This document shows positions 1-9,764 of a stretch of 64,000 bases of DNA, one piece after another. Location: contig JBFELO010000006.1 of assembly GCA_041552055.1 (NCBI GenBank), positions 6,613-70,612 on the forward strand, given 5' to 3'. Position 1 is the stretch's first letter. Each line of letters begins with the position of its first letter. Under the pieces are notes generated by a model. It saw only the letters and a list, made by a program, of their open reading frames with translations. It did no database searches and was not told where the DNA came from. A program made the position numbers and the translations under genes. Source of the stretch: Candidatus Sulfomarinibacteraceae bacterium. Lineage in GTDB: Bacteria; Acidobacteriota; Thermoanaerobaculia; Thermoanaerobaculales; Sulfomarinibacteraceae.

Positions 1-290
1 CGATCGAGGGCGTCGCCGCGGACCGTGCGGTGAGCTTCTTCTGTGCCGTGGATTTCGATCTGCTGGGCGAGGAGGAACGCGCCGTCCTGCGCCTTCTCGC
101 CGCGCACCCCGGCGCCTCGGCGAGCTCGATCGCGAGCCGCCTCTCCGAGCGTGCGGATACGCTGCCGGCGAGCCTCGAGTCGCTGCAGCGCCTCGGCCTG
201 ATGCGGGAGCACCCGGCTGACGCATTCCGTGTCGCGAACGAGTTCCTCCGTCGCTGGCTGCTGACAGAGGCAGGTCCACCCGACCGGTAG
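1..290 (+). CDS. 3' end of a gene entering from upstream. C-terminal winged-helix-like domain, function unknown.
   Basis: The frame is open from the window edge to the stop at 288-290, so the GTG at 30 is only the first in-window start. The text EEERAVLRLLAAHPGASASSIASRL...LQRLGLM resembles a MarR/ArsR-type wHTH tail. Confidence 0.4.
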   Translation, partial: IEGVAADRAVSFFCAVDFDLLGEEERAVLRLLAAHPGASASSIASRLSERADTLPASLESLQRLGLMREHPADAFRVANEFLRRWLLTEAGPPDR

Positions 291-389
291 AGTGCGCCTT
301 GGTGCACTGGTATCTGCGCAGGTCGACAAGCCCACAAGCCCTCAGGCCCTGGGTGGATGGGCGGTCGAGCGACCAGCGACCAGTTTCAA

Positions 390-2831
390 TCACGGAGAAA
401 ACGTCTTTGCGCGGTAGGAGCTGACGACGACGGTGATCGAGCTGAGGGGCATCAGGATCGCGGCGAGCAGGGGGTGCATGTGGCCGGTCATGGCGAGGGT
501 GACTGCGACGACGTTGTATGCGAGCGAAAAAACCAGGTTGCGGCGGATGACGCCGAGGGTACGGCGGGATCCGGTCAGGAGGTCGGCGATCGGCGACAGC
601 CCCGGGCGTCCCAGGTAGACGTCGGCCGCGGCCAGTGCGGCTTCCGCCCCACCGTGGACCCCGACCCCGACGTCGGCCGCGGCCAGCGCGGCGGCGTCGT
701 TGACGCCGTCGCCCACCATGACCACTCGCTCCCGGGCAGCGGCTGCGGCCACGAGCTCGGCCTTGGTCTCCGGGCTGGCGCCACCCCGACCGCGGGCAAT
801 CCCGACCCGGGGCAGCAGCGAATCCACCGTGCCCTGGTGGTCGCCGGACAGGACCTCGACCTGCCAGCCGAGATCGTGGATCTCCTCAAGCGCCGCGCGG
901 GCGTCGTCGCGGATCGCGTCGCCGAGCGCGGCGAGAGCGGCCGGGGAGCCGTCGGCCGCCACCACCACGGGGGTCAGGCCTTCGGCTACGGCCCCGTCGA
1001 TGATGCCCTGCCACTCCTCATCAATGTCGACTCCTGAGGTCGCGACAAAGGCCGGTGATCCGACGATCAGCGCCCGGCCGTTCAAGAAGCCGGACACGCC
1101 CTGGCCGGGGTGGTGGCGGACGTTCTCCACGGGATACTGCGCCTTGTCCATGAGCCCCTCCACCATTGCGGCCGCGATCGGGTGCGACGAGTCGGCCTCG
1201 AGCGCCGCCACCGCCGGTCGCAGGCTTTCGTCCCCAAACCAGCGGACCAGCGCGAGGCGGCCTTGGGTGATGGTGCCGGTCTTGTCGAGGAACATCCGGC
1301 CTGTCCGGGCGAGCTGCTCGAGGGCATCGCCGCCTTTGAGCAGGATCCCAGAGCGCGCCGCCTGGCCGATGGCGGCGGCGACCGCCAGCGGTGTGGCGAG
1401 CCCAAGCGCGCACGGGCAGCTCACGATGAGCAGCGCGACCGCGTTGTCCACGGCTCGCTCGGGGTCGATGCGGAACCAGATGAGCGCCGTGGCGGCTGCG
1501 AGCGCCAGGACTATCGCCACGAACCAGCCCGAGACCCTGTCGGCGAGCAGCACCACCGGCGCCCGCCGCCGCGCGTGCTCCTCGACCAGCCGCAGAATCC
1601 TGCCGACGCGCGTGTTCTCGCCGGTGCTCCGCACGCGCACCTCGAGCCGGCTCGTCAGGTTGACGGTGCCGGCATGGATCGGATCACCGGGCCGCGCTGC
1701 CACGGGGCGCGACTCGCCGGTGAGCAGCGACAGATCGAGGGTGGACTGTCCCGCCTCGACTACGCCGTCCGCCGGGACGGAGTCTCCCGCTCGCAGCTCG
1801 ACCAGATCACCCTCGGCCAGCGCGGCTACAGGAACCTCCTGGATGCCGTCCTCCCGGAGCACGCGTGCCGAGCGCGGCGCGAGCGAGAACAGCATCTCGG
1901 TGGCGCGGGCCGCAGTCCGCTGCTGCCGGCGCTGGAGAAACCGTCCCACCAGCAGCAGGAAAATGAGCACGCTGACCGAGTCGAAGTAGATCTCGCCGCG
2001 GCCCCTCAACGTATTGTGGACGCCCCAGATGAAGCCGGCCAGGATGCCGACGGCGATCGGTACGTCCATGTGCAGGGTTCGAGTTTTCGCCGAACCCCAG
2101 GCGCCGCGGTAGAACGGGCTCGCGCACCACAGCACCGACGGCAGGGCGAGCACCAGGCTCGTCCACCGGAACAGGCGCTCGTACTGCTCCTCGATGCCGT
2201 GAAAGTACCCGCCATACAGGGCGAACGCGAGCAGCATGATGTTGCCGGCCACGGCCCCGGCGACCGCGATCTTGATGAGGAGTGCGCGATCGGAGCGGCG
2301 CTCCATCTCCCGGGTCTCGACGCCGTGGTAGGGGTGGGGCGGGTAACCGATGGCGTCGAGGAAGCGTGCGATCTTCGACAACGGGACCTGCTCGGGATTC
2401 CACGTCACGGTGGCCAGCGAGCGTCCGATGTCGAGACGGCACTCGGCGGTTCCCGGCAGGACGATCGGCGTGCGCTCGACCAGCCAGACGCAGGCCGCGC
2501 AGTGCACGCCCTCGAGGTAGAGGTCGACGGTGGCGAGGCCGTTAGGGGCCGATCGCCCGTACAGCTCGAGGAATGTCGGGTCGTCGAACTCGCCGAAGCC
2601 GCGGCCACTCGACCGTGCGGGTCGCGCCGGGGCGTCGACCCTGCGGCGGACTTCGTAGTAGCGCTGCAGCCCGAAGCCCTGGATCACGTCGTAGGCGAGA
2701 TGACAGCCGGAGCAGCAGAACTGGTGCTCCGCGTCAGGCACGACGAGCCCGGCCGGTACGGGCAGCCCGCAGTGGGTGCAGCTCGGCGCGTCGTTCATCT
2801 GGGACGAGTCCAAGGGAAACCACGAAGGCAC
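390..2831 (-). CDS. ccoI: Copper-translocating P1B-type ATPase of the cbb3 assembly set (CcoI/FixI)
   Basis: N-terminal CTHCGLPV...CCSGCH, membrane CPC motif (SCPCALGLATP), DKTGT (FLDKTGTITQG) and GDGVNDAAAL. It sits in a ccoG/fixH context. The start is either GTG 2831 or ATG 2798. Confidence 0.9.
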   Translation of the reverse strand: MPSWFPLDSSQMNDAPSCTHCGLPVPAGLVVPDAEHQFCCSGCHLAYDVIQGFGLQRYYEVRRRVDAPARPARSSGRGFGEFDDPTFLELYGRSAPNGLATVDLYLEGVHCAACVWLVERTPIVLPGTAECRLDIGRSLATVTWNPEQVPLSKIARFLDAIGYPPHPYHGVETREMERRSDRALLIKIAVAGAVAGNIMLLAFALYGGYFHGIEEQYERLFRWTSLVLALPSVLWCASPFYRGAWGSAKTRTLHMDVPIAVGILAGFIWGVHNTLRGRGEIYFDSVSVLIFLLLVGRFLQRRQQRTAARATEMLFSLAPRSARVLREDGIQEVPVAALAEGDLVELRAGDSVPADGVVEAGQSTLDLSLLTGESRPVAARPGDPIHAGTVNLTSRLEVRVRSTGENTRVGRILRLVEEHARRRAPVVLLADRVSGWFVAIVLALAAATALIWFRIDPERAVDNAVALLIVSCPCALGLATPLAVAAAIGQAARSGILLKGGDALEQLARTGRMFLDKTGTITQGRLALVRWFGDESLRPAVAALEADSSHPIAAAMVEGLMDKAQYPVENVRHHPGQGVSGFLNGRALIVGSPAFVATSGVDIDEEWQGIIDGAVAEGLTPVVVAADGSPAALAALGDAIRDDARAALEEIHDLGWQVEVLSGDHQGTVDSLLPRVGIARGRGGASPETKAELVAAAAARERVVMVGDGVNDAAALAAADVGVGVHGGAEAALAAADVYLGRPGLSPIADLLTGSRRTLGVIRRNLVFSLAYNVVAVTLAMTGHMHPLLAAILMPLSSITVVVSSYRAKTFSP

Positions 2832-3181
2832 GAAGACACGAGGGAGATCATCTCATGGGTCGGGCGCTTTGTCGGTGATCCAGCGCCGTCGGGGAGGGGA
2901 TGAGGATCGCCTTCGGTGTCAGAGAGCCGATGCGAGAGGCAGGCTGACGACAGCGCGTCGTGCGGGCGTGGCGCCCTCTCGCCTTCTGCGGGGTGCCGTA
3001 TTTCACAATGTTGGGATCACCTCCGCCACGGCGAGGCGGTTCTTCAAGTCCCAACATTGTGACAGGGGGCACCCTCGGGGAGCGCGACTAGGAGAGGGCG
3101 CGCCGAAGTCGAGATGGAGCCGCGAAACGGCACTGATCACGCCCACAGGCCCACAAGCCCCCACGCCCTGGGTGGGTGGCA

Positions 3182-3934
3182 TCAGTCAGCGCAGCAATAT
3201 GGAGTGGATTCGCTGAGCGAGGGGACCATGCGTTGCGAGTGTTCATGGGTGGAAATGGCTGCGGTGACCGAGGTCGGGCGGGCGAGGATCGCGAACACGC
3301 CGAGCGCGACCAGCAGGATCGCGGTGAGCGCCGGCACGTGGCGGCGCAGCGGCGCCCCTATGAGCTGGGCGCCGAGCCCCACCGCGACCAACGACGGCAC
3401 CGTCCCGAGCCAGAACGCCGTCATCACGGCGGCGCCGGCTATCGCAGATCCGGTGCCCGCCGCCGTGACCAGGAAGGCCCACAGCCAGCCGCAGGGCAGG
3501 GCTCCGGAGAGCAGCCCGACCGCCGCGGCGCGCACGAGCGGCGGCCGCCGACCGACGATCGAGAAAGCACGTCGCGACCACCGGGCCAGGAATGAAGGAC
3601 TCGAATGACTGAAGATCTTGAAACCGCGAATCCTCAGCAGGGAGATCACGCCCCACGCCACCATGACGACCCCGGCCGCGACCGCTGCGATCCGCTGGAC
3701 CCCGGCCAGGGCGCCGGCGAGATCGAGGGCCGCACCGATCGCGCCGGCAGCGAGACCCAGCAAGATGTAGGCGGCCAGTCGGCCGCCGCTGTAGACGGCG
3801 TGGCTGAGCAGCCGCCGTGCACCGGTCGACCCGTCGGCGCCCGAGTAGAAGGCCACGAACGGCCCGCACATGCCGACGCAGTGGAGCGATCCCACGAGGC
3901 TCGCGGCGAGCACGGTGACGAGGAGAGCGGTCAT
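3182..3934 (-). CDS. DsbD_2 / TauE-SafE-like polytopic membrane protein, commonly the last gene of cco clusters that carry fused ccoNO
   Basis: N-terminal LHCVGMCGPF motif and about six hydrophobic helices. ATG 3934 is preceded by GGGGGTAGAGG. Confidence 0.6.
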   Translation of the reverse strand: MTALLVTVLAASLVGSLHCVGMCGPFVAFYSGADGSTGARRLLSHAVYSGGRLAAYILLGLAAGAIGAALDLAGALAGVQRIAAVAAGVVMVAWGVISLLRIRGFKIFSHSSPSFLARWSRRAFSIVGRRPPLVRAAAVGLLSGALPCGWLWAFLVTAAGTGSAIAGAAVMTAFWLGTVPSLVAVGLGAQLIGAPLRRHVPALTAILLVALGVFAILARPTSVTAAISTHEHSQRMVPSLSESTPYCCAD

Positions 3935-4056
3935 GCGCTGGCCTCTACCCCCGGTTGCACCTGCGGTCCCCTGTCGAGGGGATGACGACAGATCAGTCGC
4001 CGCACTGCACCGAGCGATTCCGCGTCATCAACGCCCTCCGCGGGCAGGCGGAAGAT

Positions 4057-4091
4057 CCAGCATCCAGCATCCAGCATCCAGCATCTGGCAT
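4057..4091. repeat. Heptamer tandem array (CCAGCAT)x4 plus a CTGGCAT variant
   Basis: Read directly from the sequence. It lies in the intergenic gap between fixH and the DsbD_2-like gene. Confidence 0.9.
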
Positions 4092-4103
4092 CTCCCCTCA
4101 CTG

Positions 4104-4598
4104 TCACCTCCATCCCAACGCGAGGTATCGAGTCTCGGTGTGGGTGAAGCGATCCTCGCCGCGCTCGGCAACGAAGCGGACCTCCCACACGCCGCGTCGG
4201 GTCATCGGCAACGACGTCGAGTACCGACCGTCACCGTGGCCGTCCAGTCGTGCGCGGAGGACATCATCCGCCCGGGCGTTGTGAAAGGCCTCGAGTTCGA
4301 GCAGCGCCCCGTCGACGGGCGAACCGTCCGTGTCGGTCAGGACCACAGACAGCGCGGCTTGGTCACCAGCGGTCGTGGCTGGCTCGACCTCGTACGTGAG
4401 TGTCCAGCCGAGCTTCAGGTTGCGACGATCCTGTGCCCGTTTGGCGTTCCATGCGAGGGCCTTCTGGTAGTAGTCGTCCTCGACGGCGTACGACGGGTTG
4501 CTGGTGGCCAGGTAGATGGTCACGAGCGAGGCGATCACCTGCAGGGCGAGGGCGCCGGCGATGAACGCGGGCCAGCGGATGTGGGCGGGAAGCCTCAC
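4104..4598 (-). CDS. ccoH: FixH/CcoH family protein
   Basis: Single N-terminal TM helix (WPAFIAGALALQVIASLVTIYLA) followed by EDDYYQKALAWN. Its start overlaps the ccoG stop by 4 nt. Confidence 0.7.
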   Translation of the reverse strand: MRLPAHIRWPAFIAGALALQVIASLVTIYLATSNPSYAVEDDYYQKALAWNAKRAQDRRNLKLGWTLTYEVEPATTAGDQAALSVVLTDTDGSPVDGALLELEAFHNARADDVLRARLDGHGDGRYSTSLPMTRRGVWEVRFVAERGEDRFTHTETRYLALGWR

Positions 4599-5995
4599 GA
4601 GTCTCCTTCTTTCGATGGTCCGATCAGTCGGTACGACACCTCGCGCTCGAATTCGACCCCGTCGGAGATGCGCAGCGTCACCGACGACTCACCGTCGATG
4701 AACACGGACCTCGGCGCGGTGATGAACGCTGCGGTCATCTGAGTGTCCCCAACGGCGACCTCGAGCGGGTTCTCAGGCGCGATCAGCGTGTACACCTCTT
4801 CCTCCAACAGCCGGAACGAGTAGCTCCGGTCCTCGCCCGAGCGGTTGGCGATCTTGATCCGGATCTGGTTCGACACCTCGCCGGTCTGGAGCACCTGGAA
4901 CGGGGCGCCGAGGCCGCGCAGGATCGTGACGTCGGCCGTCGCCGAGCCGACGAGAGAGAACGCGAACACGCCGAACATCAGGCACAGAATCGCCGAGTAC
5001 ACCACGAGGCGCGGTCGAACGAACCGGCGGCTGCCGGTTTCGAGCTGTTCCTGCGACGTGTAGCGCACGAGCCCGCGCGGTAGACCGACCTTGTCCATGA
5101 CCTCTTCACAGGCGTCGATGCACTGGGTGCAGGCGATGCACTCCATCTGCAGGCCATCCCGGATGTCGATCCCGGTCGGACAGCTGGCGACGCACAATCC
5201 GCAGTCCACGCAATCACCGACTGTCCTTTCCTCTCCCTTCCTGAAGCGCCCCCTGGGCTCGCCGCGTCTGACGTCAAAGCCCACGATCAGCGACTGCCGG
5301 TCGAGCAGCACCGACTGGAATCGGCCGTACGGGCAGGCCACGATACAGGTCTGCTCTCGAAACCAGGCGAAGTCCAGGAACATCAGCACCGTGGTGCCGA
5401 GCATCACCAGGAACGCCATCGGGTGGGCGGTGGGTGGGCTGGTGATCCAGCCGATCAATGAATCCCAGCCGACGAAGTAGGCCAGGAAGGTGTTGGCGAG
5501 GAACGCCGAGATGGCGAAGAACACCACGTACTTGAGGATGCGGCGAGCGTCGGGGCCCTGGGCGTCGAGGCGCAGCTGGCGGACGCGACCGCCCTCGATC
5601 CACCGCTCCAGCGGCCGGTACAGGTACTCCATGTAGACCGTCTGGGGACAGGCCCAGCCGCACCACACCCGGCCGAACAGCGCGGTCAGCAGGAAGATGC
5701 CGATGAAGATCGAGAACAGCAGCATCATCAGCAGGAAGGTGTCGGTCGGCAGGAAGGTTCGGCCGAAGAAGGTGAACTCGCCCCGCGGGATGTCGAACAG
5801 CATCAGAGGTCTGCCGCCCATCTTCAGGATCGGGATCAGGGTGAAGGTGAGGATCAGCCCCCAGGCGGTGACCAGGCGGCGCCGGTAGAACCTTCCCTTC
5901 GAAAGTTTGGGTCGGATCAGGCGTCGGCTGCCGTCGCGGTTGAGGGTCGACAGCACCCGCTCATCGGCCTCGGGGGCGTTGGAAGTGATGGCCAC
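4595..5995 (-). CDS. ccoG: Cytochrome c oxidase accessory protein CcoG/FixG (polyferredoxin)
   Basis: Two ferredoxin motifs, CVDCGLCVASCP and CIACTQCIDAC, plus N-terminal TM helices with CGWACPQ. Confidence 0.9.
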   Translation of the reverse strand: MAITSNAPEADERVLSTLNRDGSRRLIRPKLSKGRFYRRRLVTAWGLILTFTLIPILKMGGRPLMLFDIPRGEFTFFGRTFLPTDTFLLMMLLFSIFIGIFLLTALFGRVWCGWACPQTVYMEYLYRPLERWIEGGRVRQLRLDAQGPDARRILKYVVFFAISAFLANTFLAYFVGWDSLIGWITSPPTAHPMAFLVMLGTTVLMFLDFAWFREQTCIVACPYGRFQSVLLDRQSLIVGFDVRRGEPRGRFRKGEERTVGDCVDCGLCVASCPTGIDIRDGLQMECIACTQCIDACEEVMDKVGLPRGLVRYTSQEQLETGSRRFVRPRLVVYSAILCLMFGVFAFSLVGSATADVTILRGLGAPFQVLQTGEVSNQIRIKIANRSGEDRSYSFRLLEEEVYTLIAPENPLEVAVGDTQMTAAFITAPRSVFIDGESSVTLRISDGVEFEREVSYRLIGPSKEGDS

Positions 5996-6007
5996 GGGCG
6001 TAGTCCC

Positions 6008-6664
6008 TCAGGAGGCCACGGCCTCCGCGTCGGCCGCGGTCTCGTCGACAGTGCCCGCCTCCACGGGAGACGCGTCCGCCGGGGTTTGCCGCTCGAACGC
6101 ATCGCCCTGCGGCGGCTTCGCGTTGGGCGGCTCGCTGCCGAGCAGGCTGCCGGTGTACGACGATACCGCCAGCAGCTCGGCCGGCCGCAGTTGCCGTTCC
6201 CAGGCGAGCATTCCCTTGGTGGGCACGCCCTCGCGCACGGTGCGATAGATGTCCATGAACTGGCCGCCGTGCAGCCAGTACTCGTCGGCCAGGTTGGGAC
6301 CGATGCCGCCCTCGCCGAACATGCCGTGGCAGGTGGCGCACTTGCCCTGGAAGATCTTCTCGCCGCTGTTCATCATGCTCTGGTCACCGGTCAGCTCGAC
6401 CAGGGTGGCCTCGGTGATCTCCCCCATGGCCAAAAGCTCCTCGGCCTGCTTGTCATAAAACGCGACCATCGCAGCGTCGTAGCGGTCGTGGGCCAGTGGG
6501 CCGGGACCGAAGTGGTAGTAGAGGATGTACAGCGGTGTGATCGCGATAGTCAGCCAGAACAGGGCCACCCACCAGCGCGGCAGCGGGTTGTCGTACTCCT
6601 GGATGCCGTCGTACGAGTGCTCGAGGAGGTGGTCGTCGTGTGAATCGTAATGGTGCTCGTTCAT
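6008..6664 (-). CDS. ccoP: cbb3 oxidase subunit III (CcoP), mono-haem form
   Basis: The FixP N-terminal signature HSYDGIQEYDNPLPRWW is present, with a single CXXCH (CATCH). The start was chosen at ATG 6664, which forms an ATGA overlap with the ccoQ stop. The longer listed ORF (to 6805) has an Arg/Gly-rich non-protein-like head. Confidence 0.85.
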   Translation of the reverse strand: MNEHHYDSHDDHLLEHSYDGIQEYDNPLPRWWVALFWLTIAITPLYILYYHFGPGPLAHDRYDAAMVAFYDKQAEELLAMGEITEATLVELTGDQSMMNSGEKIFQGKCATCHGMFGEGGIGPNLADEYWLHGGQFMDIYRTVREGVPTKGMLAWERQLRPAELLAVSSYTGSLLGSEPPNAKPPQGDAFERQTPADASPVEAGTVDETAADAEAVAS

Positions 6665-6846
6665 CGTGGATCTCCACTGTTGGGCTCGTCGTCCTCGAGC
6701 GGCAGGTACCGAGCCCGATCCCAGCTCGCGCTGCGTCGAAACAGCACCCATGCCGCGACCGCGGTGAAGGTGATGAAGCTGATGATCAGGCCGAGTTCGG
6801 CCCACGATGACAGCCCTGCGGCGCTCATGATGTCGGACAGTCTCAC
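6661..6846 (-). CDS. ccoQ: CcoQ/FixQ-like small membrane subunit
   Basis: 61 aa with one TM helix (WAELGLIISFITFTAVAAWVLF). GTG 6846 overlaps the ccoNO stop (GTGA), and its own stop overlaps the ccoP ATG. Confidence 0.55.
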   Translation of the reverse strand: MRLSDIMSAAGLSSWAELGLIISFITFTAVAAWVLFRRSASWDRARYLPLEDDEPNSGDPR

Positions 6847-9158
6847 TGTGCCTCCGCGACCTCGACCTCGTCCGCAGAGGTGTGTCCGCTCTCCGGGACG
6901 GCCTCGACCTCGTCGGCGACCGGCTCCGGCTTGGAGATGTCGGTGCCGAGCCGCTGCAGGTAGGCGATGAGCGCGACGATCTGCTTGTCTCCGAGGCCCG
7001 CCGGTCCTCCCTGGTCGGAAATCTCGGCGGCGATGGTCTCCGCCTGGGCGCGCGCGGCCGCGGCAGCGCCCTCGATCTCCTGATCGCTATACGGGACCCC
7101 CAGCGTCCGGTGGGCGCGCACGATGCCCGGAATCCGTTCGAAGTCGAGACCGTCGGTGAGCATCCACGGAAAGGCAGGCATGATCGAACCCGCCGTGATC
7201 GCTCTGGGATCGTCCATGTGGCGCACGTGCCACAGGTGCGGGTACCTGTTCCCGACCCGGTGGAGGTCCGGGCCGATCCGTCTAGACCCCCACTGGAACG
7301 GGTGGTCGTAGACGAACTCGCCTGGCTTCGAGTACTCCCCGTAACGCTCGGTCTCGGCGCGGATCGGGCGCACCATCTGCGAGTGGCAGTTGTAGCAACC
7401 TTCGCGCAGGTAGATGTCCCGGCCGGCCAGCTCGAGCGGGGTGTACGGCGTGACCGTGGCGATCGTCGGCACGTTGGACCTGATGAGGAAGGTCGGGAGG
7501 ATCTCGAACAGCGAGGCCACCACCACCGCCACAGTGACCATCACCGTGAAGGTCAGGGGCAACCTCTCCCAGCGGCGGTGCCACGTGATCCGTGCGAACC
7601 GCTCCAGCTTGTAGGCGAAGTCGACCACGTGAGCGCCCGAGGTGCGCAGCGGCGACGGCGGCTCGGGGCGGTCGGTGTAGCCCTTGGCGAGCGCCGGCGC
7701 GGAGTGCACGGGGATCTCGTAGGAGGACGGACGCCGGCGCCAGGTCATGACCATGTTGAACGCCATCAGCAGCACCCCGGCCAAGTAGGCCGTGCCGCCG
7801 ATGACCCGCACCCAGTACATCGGGATCAGCCGGAGCGTGGTCTCCACAAAGTCGCCGTACTTCAGGTAGCCTTCCTCGTCGAAGGCGAGCCACATCAGGC
7901 CCTGGGTGAGGCCGGCCGCGTAGATTGCAACGATGTACAGCAGGATGCCGATGGTGCCGATCCAGAAGTGGGCCTCGGCCAGCTTCTTCGACCAGAGCTC
8001 CGTCTGGTAGATCCTCGGCAGCAGCCAGTAGATCATGCCGAAGGTCAGAAAGCCCACCCAGCCGAGCGCGCCGGAGTGGACGTGGGCGATGGTCCAATCG
8101 GTGTAGTGGGACAGCAGGTTGACCGACTTCACCGACAGCATCGGGCCCTCGAACGTGGACATGCCGTAAAAGGTGACCGCCACCACGAAGAACTTGAGCA
8201 CGGGCTCCTCGGCGACCTTGTGCCAGGCACCGCGCAGCGTCAGGAGACCGTTGAGCATGCCGCCCCAGGAAGGCATCCACAGCATCACCGAGAACAGCAT
8301 CCCGAGTGTCGAAGCCCACGCCGGCAGGGCGGTGTAGTGGAGGTGGTGCGGCCCTGCCCAGATGTAGATGAACACCAGCGTCCAGAAGTGGATGATCGAC
8401 AGCCGGTAGGAGAACACGGGCCGGTTCGCGGCCTTGGGCATGAAGTAGTACATGATGCCGAGAAACGGCGTGGTGAGCAGGAAACCGACCGCGTTGTGGC
8501 CGTACCACCACTGCATGAAGGCGTCCTGGACGCCCGCGTACACCGAGTAGCTCTTGAACAGGCCCGCCGGCACCTCGAGGCTGTTGAACACGTGCAGCAC
8601 GGTGATGGTGATGATGGTCGCGATGTAGAACCAGATGGCGACGTAGAGGTGGCGCTCGCGTCGTCTCGCGATCGTGCCGAAGACGTTGACCGCGAACGCG
8701 ACCCAGACGACGGCGATCGCGAGATCGATGGGCCACTCGAGTTCGGCGTACTCCTTGCCCGTGGTGAAGCCCAGCGGCAGGGTGACGGCGGCGGCGATGA
8801 TGATCGCCTGCCAGCCCCAGAAGTGGAACAGGCTGAGCGCGCGCGAGAACATCGGCGTCTTCAACAGCCGCTGCAGCGAGTAGTAGATGCCGGCGAACAC
8901 CGCGTTCGCGGCGAAGGCGAAGATCACCGCATTGGTGTGCAGCGGGCGGAGCCGGCCGAAGCTGGTCCACGGCAGCTCGAGGTTGAAGACGGGGTTTGCG
9001 AGCTGCAGTGCGACCAGCAGCCCGACCACCATGCCGACGATGCCCCAGAGCACGGTCACCATGGTGAACTTGCGGACGATGTCGTCGTCGTAGCTGAACT
9101 GCTCGATTCGGGTCGAATCCGTCACGGGTTGGTCGATCGTAGCGGCATCGCTGGTCAC
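6843..9158 (-). CDS. ccoN: Fused cbb3 oxidase subunits I+II (CcoN-CcoO)
   Basis: A haem-copper oxidase core with about 12 TM helices is followed in-frame by the CcoO signature EGCYNCHSQMVRP...YDHPFQWGSRRIGPDL. The start was chosen at GTG 9158, 10 nt after AGGAG and overlapping the Rrf2 stop (GTGA). Confidence 0.9.
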   Translation of the reverse strand: MTSDAATIDQPVTDSTRIEQFSYDDDIVRKFTMVTVLWGIVGMVVGLLVALQLANPVFNLELPWTSFGRLRPLHTNAVIFAFAANAVFAGIYYSLQRLLKTPMFSRALSLFHFWGWQAIIIAAAVTLPLGFTTGKEYAELEWPIDLAIAVVWVAFAVNVFGTIARRRERHLYVAIWFYIATIITITVLHVFNSLEVPAGLFKSYSVYAGVQDAFMQWWYGHNAVGFLLTTPFLGIMYYFMPKAANRPVFSYRLSIIHFWTLVFIYIWAGPHHLHYTALPAWASTLGMLFSVMLWMPSWGGMLNGLLTLRGAWHKVAEEPVLKFFVVAVTFYGMSTFEGPMLSVKSVNLLSHYTDWTIAHVHSGALGWVGFLTFGMIYWLLPRIYQTELWSKKLAEAHFWIGTIGILLYIVAIYAAGLTQGLMWLAFDEEGYLKYGDFVETTLRLIPMYWVRVIGGTAYLAGVLLMAFNMVMTWRRRPSSYEIPVHSAPALAKGYTDRPEPPSPLRTSGAHVVDFAYKLERFARITWHRRWERLPLTFTVMVTVAVVVASLFEILPTFLIRSNVPTIATVTPYTPLELAGRDIYLREGCYNCHSQMVRPIRAETERYGEYSKPGEFVYDHPFQWGSRRIGPDLHRVGNRYPHLWHVRHMDDPRAITAGSIMPAFPWMLTDGLDFERIPGIVRAHRTLGVPYSDQEIEGAAAAARAQAETIAAEISDQGGPAGLGDKQIVALIAYLQRLGTDISKPEPVADEVEAVPESGHTSADEVEVAEAQ

Positions 9159-9607
9159 GGCTGCTTCACTCCTGCAGGATTGTCGTCGAACACCAGCGGC
9201 GTGCGCACGGCACGCTCGGCGATGTCCGCGAGGGTTGTCCTCTCCAAAAGGTCGCACATCGACTTGCGAATTCCGACCCACTCGTCGTGGATCGGACAGG
9301 CGGCCTGATCCGTGCAGTACGCCTGCCCGAGGATGCACTCGACCCCGTTCCATCGGTGCTCGAACGGCAGCACCAGCTCGATCAGCGAGATCTGGTCGGC
9401 CGGTCGGTTGAGCCGAAAGCCTCCCGAGCGGCCGCGCTGACTGGTCACCAGATCGGTGGCGGTGAGCCGGCGCAGGATCTTGCTCAGGAACTGCGGCGGC
9501 AGGTCGAGATCGGCCGCGATCTCGCGGCTCTGCAGGGCACCGTTTTCGTGCCTGACGGCGAGCAATGACAGGGCTCGGATCGCGTACTCGGCGCTGCGGC
9601 TCAGCAT
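9155..9607 (-). CDS. Rrf2-family transcriptional regulator with a three-Cys cluster-binding motif
   Basis: MLSRSAEYAIRALSLLA...SREIA...FLSKILRRL...RGRSGGFRL, and a C-terminal C-x6-C-x5-C (CILGQAYCTDQAAC). Start taken at ATG 9607. Confidence 0.85.
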   Translation of the reverse strand: MLSRSAEYAIRALSLLAVRHENGALQSREIAADLDLPPQFLSKILRRLTATDLVTSQRGRSGGFRLNRPADQISLIELVLPFEHRWNGVECILGQAYCTDQAACPIHDEWVGIRKSMCDLLERTTLADIAERAVRTPLVFDDNPAGVKQP

Positions 9608-9649
9608 CGGGCGGGATATTAGGACCCTGACGTCCGATTTGTCAAGAGC

Positions 9650-9670
9650 GCAATTCGCGTCGCGAATTGC
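9650..9670. promoter_or_regulatory. Perfect 10-bp-arm palindrome GCAATTCGCG-T-CGCGAATTGC, about 43 nt upstream of the Rrf2/cco operon start. Candidate operator.
   Basis: Read directly from the sequence. Position relative to ATG 9607. Confidence 0.4.
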
Positions 9671-9764
9671 TGTGGAGTGGCAGCGCGCTCCGCAGGGCAC
9701 GAGCGATGGGAAACCTCCAGTCGAAGGCGGGTGGTTTAGCGACCAGCGACGGCCGGGCGGGCGA

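Noticed and set aside
2848-3072. A family of small ORFs sharing MPP-x-T-[MIF]-LG ... PNIVK-x-GTPQ. Other members lie at 18329-18844, 42625-43050, 51300-51578, 13348-13578 and 22080-22421.
   Set aside because: The conserved residues are simply the two arms of the palindromic repeat read in one frame (TMLG and NIVK are reverse complements). The copies occur in both orientations with no SDs and variable lengths, so this is a DNA/RNA repeat and not a protein family.
2832-3181. A ccoS gene expected next to ccoI
   Set aside because: The gap is filled by a repeat copy, and none of its ORFs resembles the short CcoS membrane protein.
6882-9308. 808-aa plus-strand ORF antisense to ccoNO. Similar giant ORFs lie at 11169-13223(-), 25869-28637(+), 30403-32502(-), 51727-54195(-), 54373-56700(-) and 61602-63908(-).
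   Set aside because: Their translations are Arg/Gly/Asp/His/Pro-rich low-complexity text with no motifs. The opposite strand encodes clearly recognisable proteins. Long stop-free antisense frames are expected in DNA this GC-rich.
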